Shown here piece by piece: positions 26,257 to 36,238 of a stretch of 47,815 bases of DNA. The DNA is from Desulfovibrionaceae bacterium (GTDB taxonomy: Bacteria; Desulfobacterota; Desulfovibrionia; Desulfovibrionales; Desulfovibrionaceae), in assembly GCA_031548325.1 (NCBI GenBank), contig JAVBRE010000128.1, positions 1 to 47,815 of the forward strand, in the 5' to 3' direction. The position numbers and the translations under genes were made by a program. Each line of letters opens with the position of its first letter. Positions within the stretch are counted from its first letter, which is position 1. Under the pieces are notes generated by a model. The model was not told the DNA's origin, made no database searches, and saw nothing but the letters and a program-made list of their open reading frames with translations.

Positions 26257-27111
26257 ATGGTCATGCAAAAAATCGGTGTCGTGGGCGCTGGAATGATGGG
26301 AGCTGAAATAGCACTCTGCTTTGCCCGGTTCGGCTATGACGTCATTATGAGCGATGTAAGTCAGGAAAATGCAGAAAAAGGCAAAGCCAAGCTCGCCGCA
26401 ATTCTGAACAAACATATCACCAATGGAAAATTGGATCAGGAAACAAAAGAACAATATTTGGGCAGGATTACCCCTACGGGAACCGTCGCGGATATGGCGG
26501 GCTGCGATTTTGTCGTTGAAGCGATTGTCGAAGTGCTGGAAGTGAAACACGAGATTTACAAAGCCTTGGATGCGGTCTGCAAAAAAGACGCGATCATCGC
26601 CAGCAACACATCAAGCATATCCATAACCAAACTTGCTGCCGTTCTCAGCGCAAAACGAGCCCAGCGCTTTATCGGCACGCATTTTAACTCGCCGGCCAGC
26701 GTCATGAAGCTGGTAGAGGTTATCCCGGCACTTCAGAGTTCGGAAGAGGTGGTGACTGAAACCATGGCCTTGTTATCTGCCATCGGGAAAGTCCCCGTGA
26801 AAGTTAAGGATGTCGTCGGCTTTGCCCTTAACCGCATGTTCGCCGCTTTTTATCTCGAAGCCTGCCGCCTGGTCGAAGAAGGAGTATGCTCCGTCGAAGA
26901 CGTGGACACCGTCTGTTTGCATGGACTTGGACATCCTGTAGGGGTGTTCAAGCTTTTGGACGTCATCGGCCTTGACCTGCACATGAATGTGGACCGAATC
27001 CTTTTTGATGCTTATGGCGACCGCTTCAGACCGAGTCCCTGCATCCAGCGGCTTACCGATTCAGGGCGCCTCGGCAGGAAAACCGGACAAGGCTTTTACC
27101 TGTACAAATAA
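26257..27111 (+). CDS. 3-hydroxyacyl-CoA (3-hydroxybutyryl-CoA) dehydrogenase
   Basis: KIGVVGAGMMGAEIAL Rossmann fold, ASNTSSISIT, FNSPASVMKLVEV and a C-terminal HCDH domain. ATG 26257 follows GAGGGA. Confidence 0.85.
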   Translation: MVMQKIGVVGAGMMGAEIALCFARFGYDVIMSDVSQENAEKGKAKLAAILNKHITNGKLDQETKEQYLGRITPTGTVADMAGCDFVVEAIVEVLEVKHEIYKALDAVCKKDAIIASNTSSISITKLAAVLSAKRAQRFIGTHFNSPASVMKLVEVIPALQSSEEVVTETMALLSAIGKVPVKVKDVVGFALNRMFAAFYLEACRLVEEGVCSVEDVDTVCLHGLGHPVGVFKLLDVIGLDLHMNVDRILFDAYGDRFRPSPCIQRLTDSGRLGRKTGQGFYLYK

Positions 27112-27236
27112 GGAAAGCCGATGCCGGAGCGCAGGCAACTCACCGGCCGAGAAACCTGCTGATTGTTGCGCTTTTCTTTACACACCTGGTCCGTCACAAA
27201 AATTTTACGAGATCGATTTGAAGCAAGGAGGCCCGA

Positions 27237-28016
27237 ATGGAGTTCAAACGCACGATACGGTGCGCCGTGCATGGTTCAGTTGCCGTGATTACGGTGAACA
27301 ACCCACCTGTCAACTCGATCAATTTTGATGTTCTTTTTGGATTTTTAGAGTGCTTCACATATTTGGCCGAACAGCCTTCATTAACAGCGGTCATTCTTAC
27401 CGGCGAAGGCAAGGCTTTTATCGCTGGCGCGGATATACGCGAAATTTGTGATGGCGGGGACGATTTTCTTTGCCGGTCCAGCAAACAGGGGCATGAGATA
27501 TTCAGCTGTATAGAAAACTTTCCTGTTCCCCTCATTGCCGCCATCAATGGCGTGGCGCTGGGGGGAGGGCTTGAACTTGCCATCTGCTGCGATATTCTCA
27601 TAGCTTCGGAGAAGGCCAAATTCGGATTACCGGAAACAGCCCTTGGCATAGTGCCCGGCTGGGGAGGGCTCTCCCGTTTGCCGAAAATAGTTGGCGTGGG
27701 TCAGGCTAAAAAGATAATTTTCACGGCCGAACACATCCCGGCGGCACGGGCCATGGAGATCGGGTTAGTGCAAGAAGTGGCGCCGCCGGAACAATTGATG
27801 GAGCGGGCCATGGAAATCGCGGAAAAAATCAGCAAAAACGGCCCCGTTGCCGTTCGGGAAGCAAAGAAGGTTTTGAACCGCGCCAAGGAAATGTCATTGC
27901 AGTCGGCCATTTACTGTGAGCAAGAAGCCGTCCGTTTCTGCTGTCATTCCAGGGATAAAATTGAAGGCATCGACGCCTTTCTCAAGAAAAGAACTCCGGA
28001 ATTCACCAATTCTTGA
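27237..28016 (+). CDS. Enoyl-CoA hydratase (crotonase family); both catalytic Glu positions appear present
   Basis: VILTGEGKAFIAGADI, AAINGVALGGGLELAICCD and FGLPETALGIVPGWGG. Confidence 0.85.
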   Translation: MEFKRTIRCAVHGSVAVITVNNPPVNSINFDVLFGFLECFTYLAEQPSLTAVILTGEGKAFIAGADIREICDGGDDFLCRSSKQGHEIFSCIENFPVPLIAAINGVALGGGLELAICCDILIASEKAKFGLPETALGIVPGWGGLSRLPKIVGVGQAKKIIFTAEHIPAARAMEIGLVQEVAPPEQLMERAMEIAEKISKNGPVAVREAKKVLNRAKEMSLQSAIYCEQEAVRFCCHSRDKIEGIDAFLKKRTPEFTNS

Positions 28017-28095
28017 GCAAGAAATCCGACGCATCAGCTCCAGAAGACGACCGCCCCGACACGGCATTTTGCCTACGGCATCCACAGTACTATGT

Positions 28096-29667
28096 ATGGA
28101 GAAAGCAGTGACGAGGTTTCTCTCCCCCCGCGAAGCCGTGGACCTGATCAGGGACCGCGACACTCTGGCCGTCAACGGCTTCATCGGGACGGCCCATCCG
28201 GAAGTCCTGAGCAAGACCCTAGAAGAACGTTTCCTCGAAACCGGCAAACCCGAAGGCCTCAGCCTTGTCTACGCAGCCGGGCAGGGTGACAGAAAAAACA
28301 AGTCCCTCAATCACCTCGGGCATGAAAAATTGCTTTCCCGGGTCATCGGGGGACACTGGAACATGGCGCCTGCGCTGGGAAAACTTGCCGTTGAGGAAAA
28401 GATCGCGGCCTACAACCTTCCTCAAGGAGTCATCTCCCAGCTCTACCGCGATATCGCCGCCGGAAATCTGGGCACCATCACCCACGTGGGTCTGAAAACT
28501 TTTGTGGATCCCCGTCTGGACGGCGGCAAGATCAACAAAAGCGCCACCGAGGACATCGTGGAACTGATCACCATCGGCGGGCAGGAACGGTTGCTGTACA
28601 AGGCCATGCCTATCACGGCCTGCCTTATCCGCGGCACCTACGCCGATGAAAAGGGCAACGTTTCCATGGAACACGAAGGCGTGGTCGGCGACGCCACGGC
28701 CATGGCCCAGGCCGTCAGGAATTCCGGAGGCATCGTCATCGTCCAGGTCGCAGAAAAAGTGCGAGCCGGCAGTCTGGATCCCCGTCTGGTCAAGCTGCCG
28801 CACATTCTGGTGGATGTGGTCGTGGCGGTGGGGCATGAACGCAACCAGGATGATTTCGGACAGGTTCCCCGCCCTGCCTGCTGCGGCGAGATCCGTTTGC
28901 CGCTCGCCGGCATTCCGGCCCTGCCCTTTGACGAACGCAAGATTATAGGCCGCCGCGCGGCTATGGAACTCAATCCCGGATCGGTGGTCAATCTCGGTAT
29001 AGGCATGCCCGAAGCCATCGCGGCAGTGGCTGCCGAGGAAGGCATAAGCGACTATATGACCCTGACCGTGGAAGCCGGCTCCGTGGGCGGCATTCCGGCG
29101 GGGGGATTCGATTTCGGCCTGTCCCTCAACCCCGAGGCCATTCTGGACCAAAGCGCCCAGTTCGATTTTTACGACGGGGGTGGGCTGGACATCGCCAATT
29201 TGGGTCTCGCGGAATGCGACGAGACAGGCAACATTAATGTCAGTAAGCTGGGATCGCACATCACCGGCTGCGGCGGGTTTATCAACATAACCCAGAACGC
29301 GAAACGTCTGTTTTTCTGCGGCACATTCACAGCTAAAAACCTCGAGATAACCGTTGCCGACGGTAAACTGCGCATCGCTCGCGAGGGTCTGGTCAAAAAA
29401 TTCATCAAAAAAGTCGGTCATGTGACTTTCAGCGGTGAATACGCTGCCGTCCGCGGCCAGCCCGTTACATACATCACTGAGCGGGCTGTGTTCGAACTTC
29501 GCAACGACGGGCTGCATCTGATGGAAATCGCGCCCGGCGTCGACCTGGAAAAGGATGTTCTGGGTCAGATGGGGTTCCGGCCGAAAATGGACTCGCCGCC
29601 GAAGCTCATGGACGAAAAAATTTTTAAGCCTGACCTGATGGGACTTTCCGGTCGACAACCTTCATAA
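28096..29667 (+). CDS. Fused family-I acyl-CoA:acetate/3-ketoacid CoA-transferase (YdiF/Pct-like)
   Basis: 523 aa. AVNGFIGTAHPE..., GHWNMAP, YNLPQGVISQLYRDIAAG and LTVEAGSVGGIPAGG. The track ORF from 27916 overlaps the crotonase gene, so ATG 28096 is preferred. Confidence 0.8.
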   Translation: MEKAVTRFLSPREAVDLIRDRDTLAVNGFIGTAHPEVLSKTLEERFLETGKPEGLSLVYAAGQGDRKNKSLNHLGHEKLLSRVIGGHWNMAPALGKLAVEEKIAAYNLPQGVISQLYRDIAAGNLGTITHVGLKTFVDPRLDGGKINKSATEDIVELITIGGQERLLYKAMPITACLIRGTYADEKGNVSMEHEGVVGDATAMAQAVRNSGGIVIVQVAEKVRAGSLDPRLVKLPHILVDVVVAVGHERNQDDFGQVPRPACCGEIRLPLAGIPALPFDERKIIGRRAAMELNPGSVVNLGIGMPEAIAAVAAEEGISDYMTLTVEAGSVGGIPAGGFDFGLSLNPEAILDQSAQFDFYDGGGLDIANLGLAECDETGNINVSKLGSHITGCGGFINITQNAKRLFFCGTFTAKNLEITVADGKLRIAREGLVKKFIKKVGHVTFSGEYAAVRGQPVTYITERAVFELRNDGLHLMEIAPGVDLEKDVLGQMGFRPKMDSPPKLMDEKIFKPDLMGLSGRQPS

Positions 29668-29679
29668 GGGGCAATATCG

Positions 29680-30837
29680 ATGTCTGACAGAATATTCAGA
29701 ATCCCACCGATTATCCGCGTTGGTGAAGGCGCGGCCGTCCGAACAGGCAGGGAGGCGAAAAACATGGGCGCCACAAGGGCTCTTGTCATCACCGATTCTT
29801 TTCTCTTCACATCCGGCACCATCAAATCGGTCATAGATTCTTTGGCTGGGGCCGGGCTGGAAGTGGCCGTATACGACCAGGTCAACGCAGAGCCAACCTT
29901 GGCCCATGTGGCGGAATGTCTGGCGCTTTGCAAGAAGTCCAAAAGCCATGTCATAGTCGGTTGCGGCGGGGGCAGCCCCATTGATGTTGCCAAGGCCGTC
30001 AGCGCCATGGCCGTGAATGGCGGAAAAATTCAGGATTACATCGGCATCGGCAAAATCCCGAAAATAGGACTGCCAATCATTGCCGTGCCCACCACGGCGG
30101 GCACCGGGAGCGAGGCCACGTGCACCACCATCATCGCCGATACCGAACGCGATGTGAAAATGCTCATCATCAGTCCATATCTTTTGCCTTCCGCCGCCAT
30201 CGTGGACCCGCTTCTGACTCTGGGCATGCCCAGGGGCATCACAGCGGCCACGGGCATGGACGCCCTCACCCACGCGATGGAAGCCTATGTTTCCCGAAAA
30301 AACCAGCCCATGGCCGACGTATACGCCCTGAGCGCAGTCAGGCTGATTTGCGAAAATTTGTCCACCGCCTGGGGCGAGCCGTCCAACATGGTAGCGAGAA
30401 CCAAGGTTCTTCTCGGCGCCCTGCAGGCGGGCATCGCTTTTTCCAATTCCTCGGTGGCGCTGGTGCATGGCATGTCCCGCCCCGTGGGCGCGCTGTTCCA
30501 CGTGGCGCACGGCGTATCCAACGCCGCCCTTTTGGGCGTGGTCACGGAATTTTCTCTTGCCGGGAACTACGGGCGCTATGCCGATCTTGCTGTTGCCATG
30601 GGCGCTTCGGGCAAGGGGACTAAGGAAGACATAGCCATGACCGGCGCGGTCATGGTCCAGAAACTTATCAAAAAACTTGAGATTCCCAGCCTGACCCAGC
30701 TCGGCGTGACGCGTGAAAAACTTGACACGGTGGTAGAAAAAATGGCCGACGACGCCATCGCCAGCGGCAGCCCGGGCAACAACCCCCGGCCGGCGACCAG
30801 GGAAGAAATCATCGCGCTCTATTACAGGGCTCTTTGA
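29680..30837 (+). CDS. Iron-containing (group III) alcohol dehydrogenase
   Basis: GCGGGSPIDVAKA, AVPTTAGTGSE, GMDALTHAMEAY and ALVHGMSRPVGALFHVAHG, the Fe-ADH metal-binding His motifs. Confidence 0.85.
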   Translation: MSDRIFRIPPIIRVGEGAAVRTGREAKNMGATRALVITDSFLFTSGTIKSVIDSLAGAGLEVAVYDQVNAEPTLAHVAECLALCKKSKSHVIVGCGGGSPIDVAKAVSAMAVNGGKIQDYIGIGKIPKIGLPIIAVPTTAGTGSEATCTTIIADTERDVKMLIISPYLLPSAAIVDPLLTLGMPRGITAATGMDALTHAMEAYVSRKNQPMADVYALSAVRLICENLSTAWGEPSNMVARTKVLLGALQAGIAFSNSSVALVHGMSRPVGALFHVAHGVSNAALLGVVTEFSLAGNYGRYADLAVAMGASGKGTKEDIAMTGAVMVQKLIKKLEIPSLTQLGVTREKLDTVVEKMADDAIASGSPGNNPRPATREEIIALYYRAL

Positions 30838-30853
30838 AAACAGTATTGCGCCG

Positions 30854-32113
30854 TCACTTACAAAGCTCCAGCAACACTCCCGCGACCACGGCGGAGCCGA
30901 TGACGCCTGCAACGTTCGGCCCCATGGCGTGCATCAACAGATAGTTGCGACGGTTATACTCCTGTCCGAGCTTATGCGCCACACGGGCCGCCATGGGCAC
31001 GGCGGATACGCCTGCCGCCCCGATAAGAGGGTTGATGGGCGTCCGGGAAAAGGCGTTCATGGCCTTGCCCAAAAGAACTCCCGCAGCTGTCCCCGCGCAG
31101 AAGGCGAACAGACCGAGAAACAGGATACCCAGGGTTTTCAGGGTCAGAAAGCTGTCGGCTGATAGTTTTGATCCCACGGCCAGACCGAGCAAAATCGTCA
31201 CGATGTTGATAAAGGCATTCTGCATGGTATCGGAAAGTCTAGGTACAACGCCGCATTCTTTAGCAAGGTTGCCGAACATCAATGCGCCGATGAGCGGCGC
31301 GGCGGAAGGCAGCAACAGCGCACACAACAATAACGTCACAAGGGGGAAAATTATTTTTTCCTGTTTTGTCACAACCCGAAGCTGTCGCATGACAATGGTC
31401 CGCTCGGCCGGGGTAGTCAGCATACGCATGATGGGGGGTTGGATAATGGGTACCAAAGCCATATAGGAATACGCGGCGACCGCGATGGAGCCAAGCAGTT
31501 CCGGAGAAAGGCGGGAAGCCAAAAAGATGGCGGTTGGCCCGTCCGCCCCGCCGATGATGCCTATACTGGCCGCCTCCCTCAGATTGAAATCTATGCCGGG
31601 AATAAAATCCGAAAGGGCCAGCGCGCCCAACATGGCCGCAAAAATGCCGAATTGCGCCGCACCGCCCAGAAAAGCCGTGCGGGGGTTGGCAATCAAGGGT
31701 CCAAAATCGGTCAGAGCGCCGACCCCTATGAAAATGAATAAGGGAAACAGGCCGGTATTGATGCCAAAATCATAAATGAGGTACAAAAATCCAAGAGGCG
31801 CTTCGCCGATACCAGCCACGGGAATGTTGCACAACAGCCCGCCGAAACCGATAGGCAGCAGCAAAAGAGGCTCAAATTCCTTGGCCACGGCCAGATACAC
31901 CAAAACCAGGCTCACAACGATCATGAGCGCCTTGCCGCCGCTGCTGAAAAAACCATAAAGACCCGTCGACTGCCATAATCCGTCGAAGGGCTGAGAGAAG
32001 GTTCCCAAGCCGGTTTCCGCCGCCGCGAAACCGGGAAAAAGAAACATGCCGACAAGAAGCGCCGCGAGCACGGCGCCCATACGCCTGGTAAGCAAATGAA
32101 TGGGACGCAACAT
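30854..32113 (-). CDS. Sodium-ion-translocating decarboxylase beta subunit (OadB/GcdB/MmdB family)
   Basis: [62 protein letters not shown] and [14 protein letters not shown] closely follow the OadB sequence as I remember it. Confidence 0.9.
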   Translation of the reverse strand: MLRPIHLLTRRMGAVLAALLVGMFLFPGFAAAETGLGTFSQPFDGLWQSTGLYGFFSSGGKALMIVVSLVLVYLAVAKEFEPLLLLPIGFGGLLCNIPVAGIGEAPLGFLYLIYDFGINTGLFPLFIFIGVGALTDFGPLIANPRTAFLGGAAQFGIFAAMLGALALSDFIPGIDFNLREAASIGIIGGADGPTAIFLASRLSPELLGSIAVAAYSYMALVPIIQPPIMRMLTTPAERTIVMRQLRVVTKQEKIIFPLVTLLLCALLLPSAAPLIGALMFGNLAKECGVVPRLSDTMQNAFINIVTILLGLAVGSKLSADSFLTLKTLGILFLGLFAFCAGTAAGVLLGKAMNAFSRTPINPLIGAAGVSAVPMAARVAHKLGQEYNRRNYLLMHAMGPNVAGVIGSAVVAGVLLELCK

Positions 32114-32121
32114 GGCCTCTG

Positions 32122-32289
32122 TTACTCCTTGTCTTGAGGTTGGGGCTTTGGGCTTGATGGTTCCAGCACCTTTTTTTCAGCATACAGGGCGAGAAGAAAG
32201 CTGCTTAACCGCGTTGCATAGATCAGAAGGGCCAAAAACAAAAACACGGTCCCGATTCCTACCACCATAATAAAGAGTCCTTTCAGCAT
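32122..32289 (-). CDS. OadG-like small membrane anchor subunit (gamma/delta) of the decarboxylase
   Basis: 55 aa: [33 protein letters not shown] followed by a Pro/Lys-rich tail. ATG 32289 follows GGAGGA. Directly upstream of the beta subunit. Confidence 0.6.
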   Translation of the reverse strand: MLKGLFIMVVGIGTVFLFLALLIYATRLSSFLLALYAEKKVLEPSSPKPQPQDKE

Positions 32290-32650
32290 CTTAAGTCCTC
32301 CATTGGGTAACTTATCCGCGCGTACCCCGCAGTCCGTCTTCAGGGAAGCGCCGAACAAAGAAATTGATCCACAACGACTGCGGAACTACGCTGAAGGATA
32401 CAATATCAGCCAAGAACGTTTGACAGCTCTTTTTATCCGAGGCGCATAGCTGTCCTATTTATATTTACTATCAAGGCTTATCTTTGAGTAAACAGAATGT
32501 ATTCCTTGTGCAGCGTGGCAGCATCAAATGAAATACTCAATACCATAGCCCGTATCCATTTTGGTATGATATAATCATTATGTTCATGCAGTTCCTTTGT
32601 GAAATACTCATTTGTCATGGCCCTATAGTCAGAATTGATAGCTTGAACCT

Positions 32651-32810
32651 GGAGCAAATTAACTTTTAAAAGTTGTATCAAAAATTCTGATAATTATTGA
32701 AGGTCATCTTAATAATATAAGTAAATTATAGGAGTTAAACGACACGCTTCGTGGACATCCGCTATGCGCCCGTCAGAAAAAATTCACTTTTTCAAAGTCA
32801 ATTTTCTCTA
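32651..32810 (+). repeat. 160-bp MITE-like element, copy A
   Basis: About 130 of 160 positions are identical to 37786-37945 in an ungapped hand alignment. Imperfect terminal inverted repeats of about 24 nt: gagcaaattaacttttaaaagttg versus the reverse complement gagaaaattgactttgaaaaagtg. Confidence 0.7.
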
Positions 32811-33077
32811 AGCGCCGCGGCAGCAACGGCATGGGGACCATTTAAGGTGGTTGCCAAAAAACGGTCCGCAATCCCACGGGGGTGCTATCCGCTGTGAGCT
32901 CAATGGCGCAGGGTCAAAAGAAGAGGGGGCGGCGAAGCTCCGCAAGGTATGTAAAGCGGCAGACGGGCCCAGGTGCGCTTATCATGAGGGAATCGCCAGA
33001 AAACAGGCTGAATACAAGAATTGATCGCTCAGCCATGTTTGCGGATGGCCTAAAATGCTTTTTTTGTCTTATGGGTT

Positions 33078-33995
33078 CTAAATTTCAGCTTTGTGGTCCC
33101 CGGAAAAATATTTCATAACCTCAATAAAGTATGACAATTCTTCAGAATGAGGCCGGGACTTGAGATAAACCGTCCGGTACTCAATCGGCTGAAGGCTGTT
33201 CTTGATTTTTAGCTTTGTCAATTTTTTAGAAAATTCCGAACTAAAATGATCAAAAATAAACTCCGGAAGGATGGCCACGCCCAGACCTCTGGCGCACATC
33301 CGTAACATGGAATGGTGCGACTTTGTCTGTAACAGCTGTGTTGTGTGAGTAATTATATCCAGAATAGGTTTGTGAATTCCCGAAAATAAAACATTGTTCA
33401 AAGCATTGACAAGTATAATCTTCCTTAGATCTTCCAAATAAACTTCACCTTCTTTTGCTAATTTTTGCCCTGAGGCGATACATCCTATAAATTTAGTTTG
33501 AATAAGTGGAACTTGCATATAAGTATCTTCTGGTAATCTGATATTTCCATAAAAAGATAGTGTACTGATGTCAACAGATCCTTCAAAAAGCATTTTTATT
33601 CCAAGATCAGAAGGAACTGTATGGCTCGAAATATGAATATCAGGATATTTTTGATTGAAACTGAAGATAATATCATCAAGAAGAACTGATTCAATGCTAG
33701 GCAGCGTGGCTATAGAAAGCATTCCCTGCTTGTTTGCCGCAGTTCTTGCGCACATAGATTTTATTTTTTCGATGGAATTCAGGATATTTTTAGCTTCTTC
33801 AAGAATATTCTCGGAATCATCGCAAATAAAAGTACCGTGGGGAAACCGCTCAAAAAGCTTTTGCCCCAGTTCACTTTCAAGATCTGCTATTGCCACGCTG
33901 ATCGACGGCTGTGAAATATGCAACTGAAGCGCGGCCTTGGAAATGGATTTTGTTTCCGCGACAGTGATTAAATAAATCAGCTGTTCCAGTTTCAT
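33078..33995 (-). CDS. LysR-family transcriptional regulator
   Basis: MKLEQLIYLITVAETKSISKAALQLHISQPSISVAIADLESELG is the LysR wHTH, followed by a substrate-binding domain. Divergent from tctC. Confidence 0.9.
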   Translation of the reverse strand: MKLEQLIYLITVAETKSISKAALQLHISQPSISVAIADLESELGQKLFERFPHGTFICDDSENILEEAKNILNSIEKIKSMCARTAANKQGMLSIATLPSIESVLLDDIIFSFNQKYPDIHISSHTVPSDLGIKMLFEGSVDISTLSFYGNIRLPEDTYMQVPLIQTKFIGCIASGQKLAKEGEVYLEDLRKIILVNALNNVLFSGIHKPILDIITHTTQLLQTKSHHSMLRMCARGLGVAILPEFIFDHFSSEFSKKLTKLKIKNSLQPIEYRTVYLKSRPHSEELSYFIEVMKYFSGDHKAEI

Positions 33996-34006
33996 TTGTA
34001 GCCCTT

Positions 34007-34015
34007 TGGTATAAT
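34007..34015 (+). promoter_or_regulatory. Extended -10 element TGgTATAAT (plus strand) abutting the lysR start codon
   Basis: tggtataat read at 34007-34015, with no good -35. It would launch a plus-strand transcript into the 728-bp AT-rich spacer toward tctC. Confidence 0.35.
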
Positions 34016-34417
34016 CCGTCCTGAAATCATTAACTATACATAATGATTCAAAAATATTCGCACCGCAAACTCCGCCGAGAAGATCTGAAACGCTGTTATA
34101 AGTTGTCCCTATGCCCAGATATTAAATTAGTATTTGTATGAACTGCTCGCAGCGAGGTACTTGGTAATAACGAAAATTTTAAGCCGCACGATTCTTTTTT
34201 TGTAATTGAAAGTTTCAGCCGACACTAAGCATAAGTGATCATTTGTTATACCGCCATGTATATTTTAACAAGATTAAGAATAAATATCTATCTGATATTT
34301 TTAACTTTTCAAAGAGTATTTATGAATCAAAAATTCTTTAGTATCATTAGTCAAATTGATTTTAGGATAAAATCCATTGTTATATTTATAAGAAGTATTT
34401 TTTTGTTGTTCTCTTTA

Positions 34418-34464
34418 GCTGAGCAGCGTGCTTTTGCTGAGCAGCGTCGTATGATTCGAATCAT
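34418..34464. promoter_or_regulatory. Tandem 12-mers (gctgagcagcgt x2, 18-bp period) followed by a perfect 14-bp palindrome atgattcgaatcat; operator-like sites in the lysR-tctC spacer
   Basis: 12-mers at 34418-34429 and 34436-34447, palindrome at 34451-34464. Together they form a GC-rich patch inside very AT-rich DNA. Confidence 0.35.
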
Positions 34465-34723
34465 TACATATCTGTCCAGTCTTCCTATTACGTTTCCGAG
34501 CAGGTTTATATGCGCGCCCGAATATCGAAAATGTAAAGAGCATATGTCATATTTATATTTTGTATCATCATTAAGCAATGTTTTGATTTGTCAGGATGTT
34601 TCTATGCTTGGCCGTAACGGGGAAATAAAAACTTCCTGCGGGCGGTTACGCCATGGCCCATTCGGGCCGACGGTCTCTGGTGGATGGCTGGTCTGAACAA
34701 AACTGTAAAACTCAGAGGTGCCT

Positions 34724-35677
34724 ATGCGTAAAATGCTGTTTACCCTGTGCATTTTTTCAGTAACCTTTCTGATGAACATTTCTTTCGCCATAAGCGCTTA
34801 CCCAGAAAGACCAATCACCGTTGTTGTCGGCTATAATGCCGGCGGCTCGAATGACGCCATTGCGCGCACCATTGCCCCGGAACTTCAAAAAATCCTCGGA
34901 CAGCCTATTGTCATTGTCAACAAAGGCGGCGCGGGTGGAACCATCGCCATCAACGATGTATTGAAGAAGCCGGCCGACGGGTACACCATCGGTTTTACTT
35001 CGAGCTCCGGATTCTGTTATGAGCCCTTGGTCCGGAAGGTGCCCTTTACGGCCAGCGACCCGAAATATCTCGCGACAATAGCGTTCCAGCAGATGAACAT
35101 ATACGCGCTGGAAGATGCTCCCTATAATAGCCTGACTGAAATGATCGAGTATGCAAAGAAAAACAATGCGGCCATTACCATCGGTTATCCCAGCGGCCTG
35201 GAAGGATATTGGATGCGTTATATCGCCGCCAAGGCGAACGTCAAATTCCGCATGGTGCCTACCAAATCAGGCGCGGAAACCATTGCTTCCGTTCTTGGCA
35301 AGCATGTTGACGCCGGCAGTGGGGGAGGGCCAGAACATACATATGTCTTGGCGGGAAAAATTAAACGCATATTCAATACTTTTTCTGGAAAAATGGTTGG
35401 CGACCCCAAGCCGCAATCTCCTGAAGAAGCTGGTTTTCCTGAAGTGGGCAATGCCAGCGGTTTTCACTATTTTGCCCCCGCAGATCTTCCTGGCGATATC
35501 GTTAAAACTTTGGGGCAAGCGCTTATCCAGGCCGCAAAAGCTCCTTCTGTGTTGAAATTTTTCGCGGAAGGCAATTTCAATCCTGCTCAAATGACGAGTG
35601 AAGAGACGCTTGCGCTTATTTTAGATCAACAAAAACGGGTCGAATTTGTTATCAAGTCCGTTGAAAGTATGAAGTAG
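34724..35677 (+). CDS. tctC: Tripartite tricarboxylate transporter substrate-binding protein (TctC/Bug family)
   Basis: Signal peptide followed by YPERPITVVVGYNAGGSNDAIARTIAPEL, the Bug-family N-terminal signature. Confidence 0.85.
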   Translation: MRKMLFTLCIFSVTFLMNISFAISAYPERPITVVVGYNAGGSNDAIARTIAPELQKILGQPIVIVNKGGAGGTIAINDVLKKPADGYTIGFTSSSGFCYEPLVRKVPFTASDPKYLATIAFQQMNIYALEDAPYNSLTEMIEYAKKNNAAITIGYPSGLEGYWMRYIAAKANVKFRMVPTKSGAETIASVLGKHVDAGSGGGPEHTYVLAGKIKRIFNTFSGKMVGDPKPQSPEEAGFPEVGNASGFHYFAPADLPGDIVKTLGQALIQAAKAPSVLKFFAEGNFNPAQMTSEETLALILDQQKRVEFVIKSVESMK

Positions 35678-35775
35678 CGTACTTTTATTCATTTGGGCCG
35701 GCGCACGGGGACGTGTGGTATGTGCTCCCAACAGGGTTTCGGAATCGATGTGGAGCGAAAACGCAAGGAGAGATA

Positions 35776-36225
35776 ATGAAATCACAAGAATTTTGCGTCA
35801 ATATCATTCTCTTTTCGTTCAGCCTGCTCATGATATTTTGGATAATACCGCCACACACCGGAAATCCAATGGACGTTGGCCTGAGCGGAGACACATACCC
35901 AACCTTTCTTTGCGCTGTGATCCTGCTTATATCCGGCTTGCAAATCGGCAAGGGGCTAAGGCAGGGAATCAGCACAAAGGGCGAGAAACCGTTCACCCTT
36001 GAAGTTGTTCTTCATATAGTCAAATATTTTGGTTTGATGTTTCTTATTTTTCCCGCCTGGCAATATCTTGGCTTCATCCTGGGAAGCGCCGTTGTTTTGG
36101 CCATGCTGTTGTGGGTCTCGGGAGAAAGAAAGCTTATTGCAATTTGCGTTACAACCATATGCGTTCCTGTCGTCGTGTATTGCCTCATAACCTATGGCCT
36201 CAATGTGCCTGTTCCCTATTTATAG
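35776..36225 (+). CDS. tctB: Tripartite tricarboxylate transporter small membrane protein (TctB family)
   Basis: 149 aa with 4 TM helices, between tctC and tctA. ATG 35776 follows AAGGAGAG. Confidence 0.7.
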   Translation: MKSQEFCVNIILFSFSLLMIFWIIPPHTGNPMDVGLSGDTYPTFLCAVILLISGLQIGKGLRQGISTKGEKPFTLEVVLHIVKYFGLMFLIFPAWQYLGFILGSAVVLAMLLWVSGERKLIAICVTTICVPVVVYCLITYGLNVPVPYL

Positions 36226-36238
36226 GTAGAGGTGGCCA

